Source of the DNA: Delftia acidovorans NBRC 14950
GTDB lineage: Bacteria > Pseudomonadota > Gammaproteobacteria > Burkholderiales > Burkholderiaceae_C
Assembly (NCBI RefSeq): GCF_001598795.1
Contig: NZ_BCZP01000033.1
Coordinates: 1-32,000, forward strand
Length of the DNA: 32,000 nucleotides
Direction: 5' to 3'
Position 1 is the stretch's first letter, and every line of letters begins with the position of its first letter. The notes below the pieces were generated by a model. It did not search any database. It saw only the letters and a program-made list of their open reading frames with translations, and was not told the DNA's origin. This document shows, one piece after another, positions 24,719 through 32,000 of the stretch. Position numbers and translations under genes: made by a program.

Positions 24719-24769
24719 GGAGGACGTCCTCCCCCACATCGGGACATGCATGCGCCGGGACGACCCGGC
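24719..24769 (+). promoter_or_regulatory. Candidate guanidine-II (mini-ykkC) riboswitch
   Basis: Two GC-rich hairpins with ACGN tetraloops: GGAGG-ACGT-CCTCC (24719-24732) and GCCGGG-ACGA-CCCGGC (24754-24769). A 21-nt linker separates them. SD AAGGAG (24775-80) and the ATG (24787) of a sugE/gdx gene follow directly. Confidence 0.5.
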
Positions 24770-24786
24770 TTCACAAGGAGTTTTCC

Positions 24787-25104
24787 ATGGCATGGGTCTA
24801 TCTGTTGGTGGCGGGGCTGCTCGAAGTGGTCTGGGCGTTTTCGATGAAGCAATCGCACGGCTTCACGCGCCTGGTGCCCAGCGCCATCACCATCGTCACC
24901 ATGATCGCCAGCTTCGGCCTGCTGGCCGTGGCCATGCGCAGCCTGCCGCTGGGCACGGCCTACACGATCTGGACCGGCATCGGCGCCGTGGGCGCCTTCC
25001 TGGTCGGCATCACGGTCCTGGGCGAGCAGGTCAGCGCCATGCGCATCGGCGCGGCCGTGCTCATCGTTTCGGGCCTGGTGCTGATGAAGCTGTCCTCGGA
25101 CTGA
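24787..25104 (+). CDS. sugE: SMR family guanidinium exporter (SugE/Gdx)
   Basis: 105 aa. MAWVYLLVAGLLEVVWAFSMKQSHGFTRL... aligns along its length with E. coli SugE, including the membrane Glu in LLEVVW. Confidence 0.92.
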   Translation: MAWVYLLVAGLLEVVWAFSMKQSHGFTRLVPSAITIVTMIASFGLLAVAMRSLPLGTAYTIWTGIGAVGAFLVGITVLGEQVSAMRIGAAVLIVSGLVLMKLSSD

Positions 25105-25165
25105 GCGGGGCCGCCCCCTGCCGGCCAGGCCGGCAGGAGGTCGGGGACCGGGCTCAGAACCTGGC

Positions 25166-27622
25166 TCAGAAGCGGTATTTGACGCCCACCATCAGATTGC
25201 GCGGCGTGCCGTAGTGGCTGTAGTAGCCCGCGTAGCTGAAGTACTTGCGGTCCAGCGCGTTGTTCAGGTGCACCGACGCACTCCAGTGCCGGTCGATGTC
25301 ATAGCGTGCCATCAGGTTCACCACGGCATAGCTGGCCTGCCGTACCGTGGCGTCGCCTACCTCGCTTTGCCAGTTCACTCCGCCGCCCAGTGTCAGCCCC
25401 TGTAGTGCGCCGCCCAGGCGGTAGCTGCTGAAGAGCTTGACGCTGTTGCGCGGCAGCATGGTGTTGATGCGCTGGCCCTCTGCATTCGTGGTCAGGGTGT
25501 TGGCATAGCCGGCAGAGACCTGCCAGCCCGGCGCCAGCTCACCGCTCAGTTCCATCTCCAGCCCCTGGGAGGTGGTGTTCTGCTCGGCCTTGTAGACATT
25601 GCTGCCCGGAAATTGCGCCTGCCACACCGCCAGGTTGTCCTGCTTGAGGTTGAACAGGGCCAGGCTGGAGTTGAGCTTGCCGTCCAGGTGCCTGCCCTTG
25701 ATGCCGACCTCCAGTCCCCGGCCTTCCATGGGCGCCAGCGTGGCATTGTTCTCGTCGCGTACCCAGGAGGCCTGGGGATTGAAGATCTTGGTGTAGCTGG
25801 CGTACAGCGCCCACTGGGGCGTCATGTCGTAGACGGCTCCCACGTAGGGGATGAAGGCGCCGTTTTCCCGGGCGCGGGTGGTGGTGGCTTCCCCTGTGTC
25901 CGGCGTGCTGGCGGTGTCGCGCCCCCAGTAGATCTGGCGGCTGCCCAGGATCAGGCGCAGCGGCTCGGAGATGCGGAAACGTCCGGTCAGATAGCCTGCG
26001 TACTGGTGCTCCCTGGTGGAGAACCGGCCGCTGGTCGCGAAGTCGGGCACGGGATTGCTGCCGTCATAGGTGAACAGGTTGTCTATGCGGCCTGCCGCCG
26101 AGCCGGAGTAGTCGTAGAGCCAGCTGCCGGAGGTGGGCCCCTTGTCCTCGAAGCGCGACAGTGTCAGGCCGGCGATCAACTCGTGCTCGCGGCCGAACAG
26201 CTTGAGCGGGCCGGTCAGGTACATGTCGAGGTTGTGCTGGCGCGGCTGGCCCTGAAAGCGCACGGGTAGCAGGCTGGTGCCGCTGCCATCGGCCTGCAGC
26301 GTGCCGTTGAGGTAGGTGTAGACCGAGTCGTAGCGGTCCTGGCCGTAGGCGTACTCGACCTTGCCGGTCCAGCCGCCGCTCAGCTCGCGCTCGATGGAGG
26401 TGAAGAAGCCGCTTTGCTCATGGTTGTTGTACGACCAGTTCGGCGATCCGTTCAGGGCGCGGGGCAGCCGGGTGGCACTGCCGTCCGGAAACCGCGACGG
26501 CAGGCCCGAGCGCATCGGCGCATCCACATCGTTGCGCAGGTAGCTGAAGCCCACGGTCCACAGGGTCCGGTCGTCGAGATCGACCTCGGCGATGCCGTAC
26601 AGCAGGCGCGAGTCCTGGTGGTAGCGCTCCAGCCAGGCATCGCCCGATTGGTAGTCCGCAACCAGGCGCGCGCGGGCCGAGCCGTCCTGGTTCAGCGGGC
26701 GGGAGATGTCCAGGCCCGCGCCTCGGCGTCCCCAGCTGCCGGCATCGACATTGAGCTGCGTCTGGGGCCTGGCCGTGGGGCGCTTGCGGATCAGGTTGAT
26801 GGTGGCCGAGGGGTTGCCCATGCCGCTGATGAGGCCCGTGGCGCCGCGCACGATCTCCACGCGGTCGTACATGGCCATGTGCTGGGTGTACTGGTTCAGG
26901 CCCGCAGCCGTGGGCACGCCATCGATCTCGTAGTTCTGGATCTCGAAACCCCGCGACCAGTAGCCGTCGCTTTCGGCACCCAGTCCGTCGCGCGTGACGA
27001 TGATGCCGGGCGCGGCCTCCAGCATGTCGCTGAGCCGCGTGGTGCCCAGATCCTCCAGCCGCTGGCGCGTCATCACGGTCAGCGCCTGGGGCGTCTCCTG
27101 GGGAGCCAGGTTCAGGCGCGTGGAGCTGCTGGACGATGCCGTGGTGTAGGAGTCCGTGCCCTCCGTGGTCGAGCCCGGGGCCTTGCCGGACACGGTCACC
27201 GTGGCCAGGCTGACGCCTTGCTCCGGCAAAGGCGCTGCCGACGCAGGCAGGGCGCTGGCCTGGGGCGCTGGCCGCACGCCGAGCACGCCCTGGGCATCGC
27301 GCGTGAGCACCAGGCCGCTGCCGGCCAGCGCGGCCTGCAGCGCCTGCTCCGCCGTGTAGCTGCCCTGGATGGCAGGTGCCTGCTTGCCCGAGGCCAGGGC
27401 GGGGTCCAGCGACAGCGTGCGGCCGCTGTGCTGGCCAATGGCCAGCAGCGTCCGGGCCAGCGGCCCGGCTGGCAGGTCATAGCGTTGGCGCTGGGCGGCT
27501 TCGGCGCCGGAGGCTACCGCGGCCTCCTGGGCGGTCTGGGCCTGGACGGGCAGGGTGGCGATGAGGGCGGCCAGGGCTGCGGCATGGGCCACGGGGCGCC
27601 ATGCGAAAAGAGAGCGGGACAT
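25166..27622 (-). CDS. TonB-dependent siderophore receptor with N-terminal signalling (STN) domain
   Basis: Start trimmed to MSRSLFAW... Contains an STN-like segment (YDLPAGPLARTLLAIGQHSGRTLSL...SYTAEQALQAALAGSGL), plug and barrel, and a C-terminal VKYRF. Adjacent to fecR and fecI. Confidence 0.92.
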   Translation of the reverse strand: MSRSLFAWRPVAHAAALAALIATLPVQAQTAQEAAVASGAEAAQRQRYDLPAGPLARTLLAIGQHSGRTLSLDPALASGKQAPAIQGSYTAEQALQAALAGSGLVLTRDAQGVLGVRPAPQASALPASAAPLPEQGVSLATVTVSGKAPGSTTEGTDSYTTASSSSSTRLNLAPQETPQALTVMTRQRLEDLGTTRLSDMLEAAPGIIVTRDGLGAESDGYWSRGFEIQNYEIDGVPTAAGLNQYTQHMAMYDRVEIVRGATGLISGMGNPSATINLIRKRPTARPQTQLNVDAGSWGRRGAGLDISRPLNQDGSARARLVADYQSGDAWLERYHQDSRLLYGIAEVDLDDRTLWTVGFSYLRNDVDAPMRSGLPSRFPDGSATRLPRALNGSPNWSYNNHEQSGFFTSIERELSGGWTGKVEYAYGQDRYDSVYTYLNGTLQADGSGTSLLPVRFQGQPRQHNLDMYLTGPLKLFGREHELIAGLTLSRFEDKGPTSGSWLYDYSGSAAGRIDNLFTYDGSNPVPDFATSGRFSTREHQYAGYLTGRFRISEPLRLILGSRQIYWGRDTASTPDTGEATTTRARENGAFIPYVGAVYDMTPQWALYASYTKIFNPQASWVRDENNATLAPMEGRGLEVGIKGRHLDGKLNSSLALFNLKQDNLAVWQAQFPGSNVYKAEQNTTSQGLEMELSGELAPGWQVSAGYANTLTTNAEGQRINTMLPRNSVKLFSSYRLGGALQGLTLGGGVNWQSEVGDATVRQASYAVVNLMARYDIDRHWSASVHLNNALDRKYFSYAGYYSHYGTPRNLMVGVKYRF

Positions 27623-27730
27623 GCTTGTGGACTCCGGAGAATGGGGGATGACACAGGACATGTCGCGCGAGCGGGTCGGATGTGATCACCCCTGGCGCAG
27701 TTTTTTTTGGAGCCCCGCGTTGACCGGGCC

Positions 27731-28702
27731 TCAGGCCGCATCGATCAGCGTCAGCCAGCCGCCGCGATAGCGCGTCACGCGGATGGGCAGGCTGCTGGCC
27801 AGCGCCTGCAGCGCACGGTCGGTATTGTCCAGCGGGAAGGTGCCCAGCACGCGCAGCCGGGAGGCGGCAGGGGCGACGCGCAACAGGCCGGTCCGGTAAG
27901 GCCGCAGGGCGTCGACCACCGAGTCCAGCGGCCAATCGTCCACGGCCAGCATGCCGCTTTGCCAGGCCGCTGCCGCCTCGGCGCGCGCCAGGGCCTCGGA
28001 AATGGCGGCCCCGTCCATCCAGGCGCTGGCGCCGGCCTGCAGCGGGGACTGGGCGCCCAGCCGCGTGTGCAGGTCCACGTCCTGCGCGAGCGCGGCCACC
28101 TGCGTGCGTTCTTCCTGCAGGCGCACCATGAAGCGCGCGCCGTGCGCTGCCGGCACCTGGGCCTGGCCATGCCGGGTCTGCACGGTGAAGGGGCTGCCGG
28201 CCGGCACCTGCGCGATCAGCGCGCCCTGGCGCAGATGCACGCGGCGGCGGTCGGCGCCCAGGTCGATATCGATGGCGCTGCGCGCGTCCAGCAGCAGCCG
28301 GCTGCCGTCGGCCAACTCCAGGCTGCGCCGCTCGGCCGTGGCGGTATGGGCATCGGCCAGCAGGCCAGGCAAAGGCGTGAATCGGTGGGCCACCAGGCCT
28401 CCCAGGGCCGCGCCCGCAAAGGCCAGTGCGCCGCCCGCAATGCGCCTGCGGCGGCGGTCGGGCTGCAGCAGTGCGCTCAGCGCTGCATCGGCTGACGCAT
28501 GGCTGGAGGTGTGGGGCGCCAGCGGTTGGAGCACGCGCTCCAGCGAGCCGCTCACCTGGGACCACGCGGCTTCGTGGGCCGGGTCGGCCTGTCGCCAACG
28601 GTCCAGGGCCTTGCGCTGGTGCTCGGTCATGGCTCCCGAGCGCGACTCCACCAGCCAGGCGATGGCCTGCTGGCGCAGGGCGGCGGCCGAGGTGGCACTC
28701 AT
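27731..28702 (-). CDS. fecR: FecR family anti-sigma factor / transmembrane sensor
   Basis: 323 aa. N-terminal anti-sigma region (AIAWLV..., W-rich), one TM segment and a periplasmic FecR domain. 4-bp overlap with the fecI-like gene. Confidence 0.85.
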   Translation of the reverse strand: MSATSAAALRQQAIAWLVESRSGAMTEHQRKALDRWRQADPAHEAAWSQVSGSLERVLQPLAPHTSSHASADAALSALLQPDRRRRRIAGGALAFAGAALGGLVAHRFTPLPGLLADAHTATAERRSLELADGSRLLLDARSAIDIDLGADRRRVHLRQGALIAQVPAGSPFTVQTRHGQAQVPAAHGARFMVRLQEERTQVAALAQDVDLHTRLGAQSPLQAGASAWMDGAAISEALARAEAAAAWQSGMLAVDDWPLDSVVDALRPYRTGLLRVAPAASRLRVLGTFPLDNTDRALQALASSLPIRVTRYRGGWLTLIDAA

Positions 28703-29220
28703 TGCGGCAGCGCCGTTGCGCAGTCCAGTGCGCAGCAGGCGGCTATGGCGCGCCCCATGTGGCGCCGCACGGTGATCTCGGCAATGCCCAGGCGCAGCGC
28801 GATCTCCCGGTAGGGCATGTCGTGCAATTGGTTGAGCAGCAGCACGCGGCGCGTGGTGGGTGGCAGCGACTGCAGCACGCGGTCCACGGCCTGCAGCGCC
28901 TGCACGAGGGCATAGCGCTCCTCTTCCGAGGGCTGGTGGACGGCGGGCTGGGCCGTCAGCGCTTCCAGGTAGGCCTGCTCCAGGTCACGCCTGCGCCAGA
29001 ATGAGAACAGCGTGCGCTTGGCCATGGTGGTCAGGTAGGCGCGCGGGTTGTCCAGCGGTGGAAGGTGGCGGGTGGTGAGCAGTTGCACGAAGGTGTCGTG
29101 CGTCAGGTCTTGCGCCTGTGCGGTGTCGCCCAGCTTGCGGCGCAGCCAGCCTTGCAGCCAGCCATGGTGGTCTGCGTAGAGCACGGCGACGGGAGGTGGC
29201 GGCAGGGGATGGGCGGGCAT
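28699..29220 (-). CDS. fecI: ECF sigma factor, FecI-like
   Basis: 173 aa with sigma-70 region 2 (HHGWLQGWLRRKLG...DLTHDTFV) and region 4 (MPYREIALRLGIAEITVRRHM). Confidence 0.9.
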   Translation of the reverse strand: MPAHPLPPPPVAVLYADHHGWLQGWLRRKLGDTAQAQDLTHDTFVQLLTTRHLPPLDNPRAYLTTMAKRTLFSFWRRRDLEQAYLEALTAQPAVHQPSEEERYALVQALQAVDRVLQSLPPTTRRVLLLNQLHDMPYREIALRLGIAEITVRRHMGRAIAACCALDCATALPQ

Positions 29221-29244
29221 GCGGCGGGACAGGTGATGGGATGG

Positions 29245-29263
29245 GAATGCGTCTCAATTATCA
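29245..29263 (-). promoter_or_regulatory. Weak Fur-box-like sequence upstream of fecI
   Basis: The minus strand reads TGATAATTGAGACGCATTC. It shares a perfect GATAAT hexamer and a CATT element with the Fur consensus GATAATGATAATCATTATC, but matches only about half of the positions. Confidence 0.3.
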
Positions 29264-29307
29264 CGCCATGCCCTCACTCCCCGTGATTCACCTCGCCCGT
29301 GAGGCCC

Positions 29308-29859
29308 TCAGCGGCCCGTGCCCAGCTCCAGCGTCAGGCGCAGCATGTCGCGGTGCTGCACGCCGCGCTCCCACAGCTGGGTGGTGTAGTGCCTGAGGAA
29401 GAAATCCCGGTCTATGCCCGTCACGCGAAAACCCGCGCGCTGGTAGAAGACCAGCTGGTCGCCAAAGCTGCCCGTGCCGACCTCGATGCGCGGCGCTCGC
29501 TGGGAGCGCGCCCATTCGATGGCACGCCGCAGCAGGGCGCTGCCCAGGCCCCGGTGGTGCAGCGATTCCGCAACCGCGATGTTCATCAGCTCCCAGGCGG
29601 GTGGGCCTGAGGCCTCATCGCCGCTGGCGCGCAGCGGCACCAGCACGCACATGCCCAATACCTCGCCGCGCCCGCCGGGGCGCGGCGGCTGGCCTTCGCG
29701 CTGGAAGGACTCGCGCGCGGCAAAACAGGTGGAGCCCGCCAGATAGCCGCGCACCTTCTCCCGCGACGGATCCGCCGACAGCAGCAGCGGCCACGGCGCC
29801 TCGGCCGGGTTCAGCGGCTCTATGTGCCAGGGTGCGAGGGAAACGGAAGGCGCGGTCAT
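29308..29859 (-). CDS. GNAT family N-acetyltransferase
   Basis: 183 aa. Acetyl-CoA motif A HHRGLGSALLRRAIEWAR and the FYQRAGF motif. Confidence 0.85.
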   Translation of the reverse strand: MTAPSVSLAPWHIEPLNPAEAPWPLLLSADPSREKVRGYLAGSTCFAARESFQREGQPPRPGGRGEVLGMCVLVPLRASGDEASGPPAWELMNIAVAESLHHRGLGSALLRRAIEWARSQRAPRIEVGTGSFGDQLVFYQRAGFRVTGIDRDFFLRHYTTQLWERGVQHRDMLRLTLELGTGR

Positions 29860-29941
29860 AAGCCTGAATCATCCCATGCCTGACATTGGGACGCAGTTGG
29901 GCTCCTCTGCGGAATCTTGACGTGCGCTTACAACTGTGCCT

Positions 29942-29970
29942 TTGCACGGGTGGATCTAGTGGTTTATACT
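29942..29970 (+). promoter_or_regulatory. Sigma-70-type promoter for the small ORF or transcript
   Basis: TTGCAC (29942-47), 17-nt spacer, TATACT (29965-70), within an AT-rich island. Confidence 0.45.
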
Positions 29971-30069
29971 TAGACCTAGGGTAAACGCTTAGAGGGTTTT
30001 CCCGGCATTCGCGGCACTTGAGATGCATGCCGCCAGTGATTGTTGAGCGTCTCAGTAAGGAAGTTCACC

Positions 30070-30147
30070 ATGCGCCAAGCAATCTATTCCCTGATCGATT
30101 TCATCCAGCAAGCCCGCAACGCCGAGCTCGAAATCGCCAACCAGTAA
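30070..30147 (+). CDS. Small ORF, 25 aa (MRQAIYSLIDFIQQARNAELEIANQ)
   Basis: ATG 30070 with AAGGA 8 nt upstream. Most codons end in G or C, in line with neighbouring genes. A + strand terminator follows. Not in the supplied track, where no ORF under 60 aa is listed. Confidence 0.4.
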   Translation: MRQAIYSLIDFIQQARNAELEIANQ

Positions 30148-30194
30148 TCCGGTTGGAGGCAGGTGCGCCCCGAAGCGCGCCCACCGATGCGATC

Positions 30195-30231
30195 GCCCCA
30201 TTGCCGATGATGGCCTTGGGGCTTTTGTGTT
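30195..30231 (+). terminator. Rho-independent terminator (+ strand)
   Basis: GCCCCA (30195-30200) / TGGGGC (30217-30222) with an inner GCC/GGC helix, followed by TTTTGTGTTT. Confidence 0.55.
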
Positions 30232-30276
30232 TCTGGGCGCCGGGCTTGCGGGCGCCGGGCTGCCCTGTAGCCCTGG

Positions 30277-32000
30277 CTACAGGCCCAGCACCAGCCTGCC
30301 GCTCCTGGCGCGCGAGCAGCAGCTCATCATCTTGGTGCAGGCCGCGCGCTCGCCGCGCGTGAGCACCATGTCGCGGTGGTCCACCTCGCCTTCGAGCACG
30401 GGCACTTCGCAGGACCCGCACAGCCCTTCCCGGCAGTCGCTTTGCACTTCGATCTTCGCGCTGCGCAGGGCGTCCAGCAGCGTCTGGTCGTTGCGCACCT
30501 GCAGCACAAGGCCCGAGGCGCGCAGTTCCACCTCGAAGCCCTGCTCCCTGGCAGGGTCCAGCGCCCCCACGGTGGAGACGAAATGCTCCACGCGCAGGCT
30601 GTCCTCGGGCCAGTGGCGGCTGGCGGCCTCCAGGCCGTCCAGCAGGCGCGCCGGTCCGCAGGCATGGATGCGGGCTCCGGCGCGCGGCGTGGCCAGCAGG
30701 GCGGCGTAGTCGGCGCGCCGGCCTTCCTCCGCCACGTACAGATGCAGCCTGGCGCCATGCTCGGCCAGCAGCGGCGCCAGCAGCGCCATGCCCGCGCGGC
30801 GCCGGCCGCTGTAGTGGATCTCATAGGACAGGCCCAATGCCCTGGCGCGCCGTGCCATGGCCGAGATGGGCGTGATGCCGATGCCGCCGGCCACCAGGAT
30901 CAGGTGGCTGGCGCCTTCGTCCAGCGGGAAATGGTTGCGCGGGCCCCGCACCTGTACGGTGGCGCCGCGGTGCAGATGCTCGTGCACCCAGGCCGAGCCG
31001 CCACGGCCGTTGGCCTCGCGCAGCACGGCAATCTCGTAGCTGCCGGTGTCCTGCGGGTCGCCGCACAGCGAGTACTGGCGTGACAGGCCCGTGTCGCCGC
31101 ATTGCAGGTCGATGTGCGAGCCCGGCGTCCAGCGCGGCAGGGCGTGTCCATCGGCGGCCTTCAGGCGCAGGCGCAGCACGCCTTCGGCGGCGGCCTCGGC
31201 CTCGGCCACGACCATGGGCCGGCTGGCGCCGCCCTGCAGGGCTTCGCCGATGCGCACGGGCTGGCGCGCCTGCAGCAGGGCGGGACGGGCGCGCTCGGGG
31301 TTGAGGGCCGGGTCCCACTCCACCCACAGGTGCTCGGGGCCCCGGAACGAGGTGTTGGGCACGTAGGTGAACCGCTGCTCGGCCAGCCGCATGTGGGGAA
31401 GGCGGCGCGTGAACTCCTCCAGGAAGATCTGCATCTCCATGCGCGCCAGGTTCTTGCCCATGCACTGGTGCGAGCCATAGCCGAAGGTCAGGTGGTCGCC
31501 GGCGTTGTCGCGGTGGATGTCGAAGAAGTCGGCATCGGCGAAATGCCGCTCGTCGTGGTTGGCCGACGAGGTCACGATGAGCAGCTTCGAGCCCGCCGGC
31601 ACGGCCACGCCGCCGATCACCACGTCGCGCGTGGCCAGGCGCCGCCAGGCGGCCACCGAGCCGTTGTGGCGCAGGCATTCCTCCACGGCATTGGGGATCA
31701 GCGCGGGGTTCTCGCAGATCTGCTTCCAGGCGCCGGGATGCTGCAGCAGCAGCTTGACGGCGTTGGCTGTGGCATTGGCCGTGGTCTCGTGCGCGGCCAC
31801 GATGCCGGCCATCATCATGGAGTGCAGGTAGGAGTCGGTGACGACCTCGGGAAGCTCCTTTTGCTTGCGTATGCCGTATTGCATCCAGCCCGGCGCATCG
31901 GGGTTCTCGCGCATCTTGGCCAGCACCTTGCCGGCCAGCTGCCAGAAGTTGCCCACCGCATGGGCCACGGCCACCTGCTGCTCGGGCCGGGGCCGGCCCC
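30277..32000 (-). CDS. Self-sufficient cytochrome P450 fused to a phthalate-dioxygenase-reductase-like domain (CYP116B / P450-RhF type); 5' end outside the window
   Basis: I-helix AAHETTANA and heme loop FGYGSHQCMG. These are followed by an FMN/NADH reductase region (RQYSLCG, LVAGGIGITP) and a C-terminal plant-type 2Fe-2S motif CREGLCGSCE. The frame stays open to position 32000. Confidence 0.9.
   Translation of the reverse strand, partial: GRPRPEQQVAVAHAVGNFWQLAGKVLAKMRENPDAPGWMQYGIRKQKELPEVVTDSYLHSMMMAGIVAAHETTANATANAVKLLLQHPGAWKQICENPALIPNAVEECLRHNGSVAAWRRLATRDVVIGGVAVPAGSKLLIVTSSANHDERHFADADFFDIHRDNAGDHLTFGYGSHQCMGKNLARMEMQIFLEEFTRRLPHMRLAEQRFTYVPNTSFRGPEHLWVEWDPALNPERARPALLQARQPVRIGEALQGGASRPMVVAEAEAAAEGVLRLRLKAADGHALPRWTPGSHIDLQCGDTGLSRQYSLCGDPQDTGSYEIAVLREANGRGGSAWVHEHLHRGATVQVRGPRNHFPLDEGASHLILVAGGIGITPISAMARRARALGLSYEIHYSGRRRAGMALLAPLLAEHGARLHLYVAEEGRRADYAALLATPRAGARIHACGPARLLDGLEAASRHWPEDSLRVEHFVSTVGALDPAREQGFEVELRASGLVLQVRNDQTLLDALRSAKIEVQSDCREGLCGSCEVPVLEGEVDHRDMVLTRGERAACTKMMSCCSRARSGRLVLGL

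Noticed and set aside
24610-24786. N-terminal extension of the sugE ORF (start at 24610)
   Set aside because: SugE/Gdx homology begins exactly at MAWVYLL (24787), which has an AAGGAG SD. The extension would run through the riboswitch-like hairpins.
30018-30362. 114-aa + strand ORF overlapping the small-ORF region and the P450 3' end
   Set aside because: It has no SD and a Pro/Arg/Ala-rich low-complexity product. It overlaps the well-supported P450-reductase gene in antisense.
1-32000. Search for CRISPR arrays, IS elements, prophage or integron features, and rRNA genes
   Set aside because: No spaced direct repeats, terminal inverted repeats, transposase/integrase/recombinase ORFs or rRNA-like segments were seen by eye. 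A systematic repeat search was not possible here.

Overview
High-GC, densely coding chromosomal segment. Gene content and protein similarity suggest a betaproteobacterium (Comamonadaceae-like), but that is inference only. I support about 30 protein genes. I found no rRNA, canonical tRNA, CRISPR array, transposase or integrase. Most long ORFs in the six-frame track are antisense shadows of real genes, as expected in GC-rich DNA.

Housekeeping and ordinary genes:
- class II glutamine amidotransferase, 4-oxalocrotonate-tautomerase-like protein, CWC cysteine-rich protein
- glcB with a divergent LysR regulator
- a DUF3016-like lipoprotein and a small membrane protein
- argS, a SPOR-domain protein, dsbA, lptA-lptB-rpoN
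- an arginase / ornithine cyclodeaminase operon
- a THUMP RNA methyltransferase overlapping a PIN-domain gene
- a candidate guanidine-II riboswitch in front of an SMR sugE/gdx exporter
- a FecI-FecR-TonB-dependent transducer module, and a GNAT acetyltransferase
- a 5'-truncated self-sufficient P450 (P450 fused to FMN/NADH reductase and a 2Fe-2S domain)

The standout locus is 13.4-20.7 kb. rtcR (CARF + sigma54 AAA+ activator) lies convergent with rpoN. It is divergent from an AT-rich control region that carries an exact IHF consensus and a near-consensus sigma54 -24/-12 promoter. That promoter should drive a leader of about 540 nt with no credible ORF. The leader contains two tandem tRNA-like modules, each with a canonical T-loop and with a GCAA-capped stub in place of the anticodon arm. 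One module has a textbook D-arm; the other ends in an encoded GCCA. More GNRA-capped hairpins follow.

The downstream genes are a TM-less SPFH/band-7 protein, an unrecognisable 165-aa protein, rtcB, a pol-beta-fold nucleotidyltransferase and rtcA. This resembles the Salmonella rsr-Y RNA-rtcBA logic, but no Ro60/Rsr gene is present in the window. I rank it as the most interesting candidate for an undescribed RNA-centred repair or sensing system.

Secondary observations:
- a three-arm alternative pairing over the ribosome-binding site of the nucleotidyltransferase gene
- repeated TTGAAKA motifs as candidate RtcR sites
- an orphan PIN gene
- a free-standing 25-codon ORF with its own promoter, RBS and terminator
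- a 15-bp in-frame tandem duplication in rtcA
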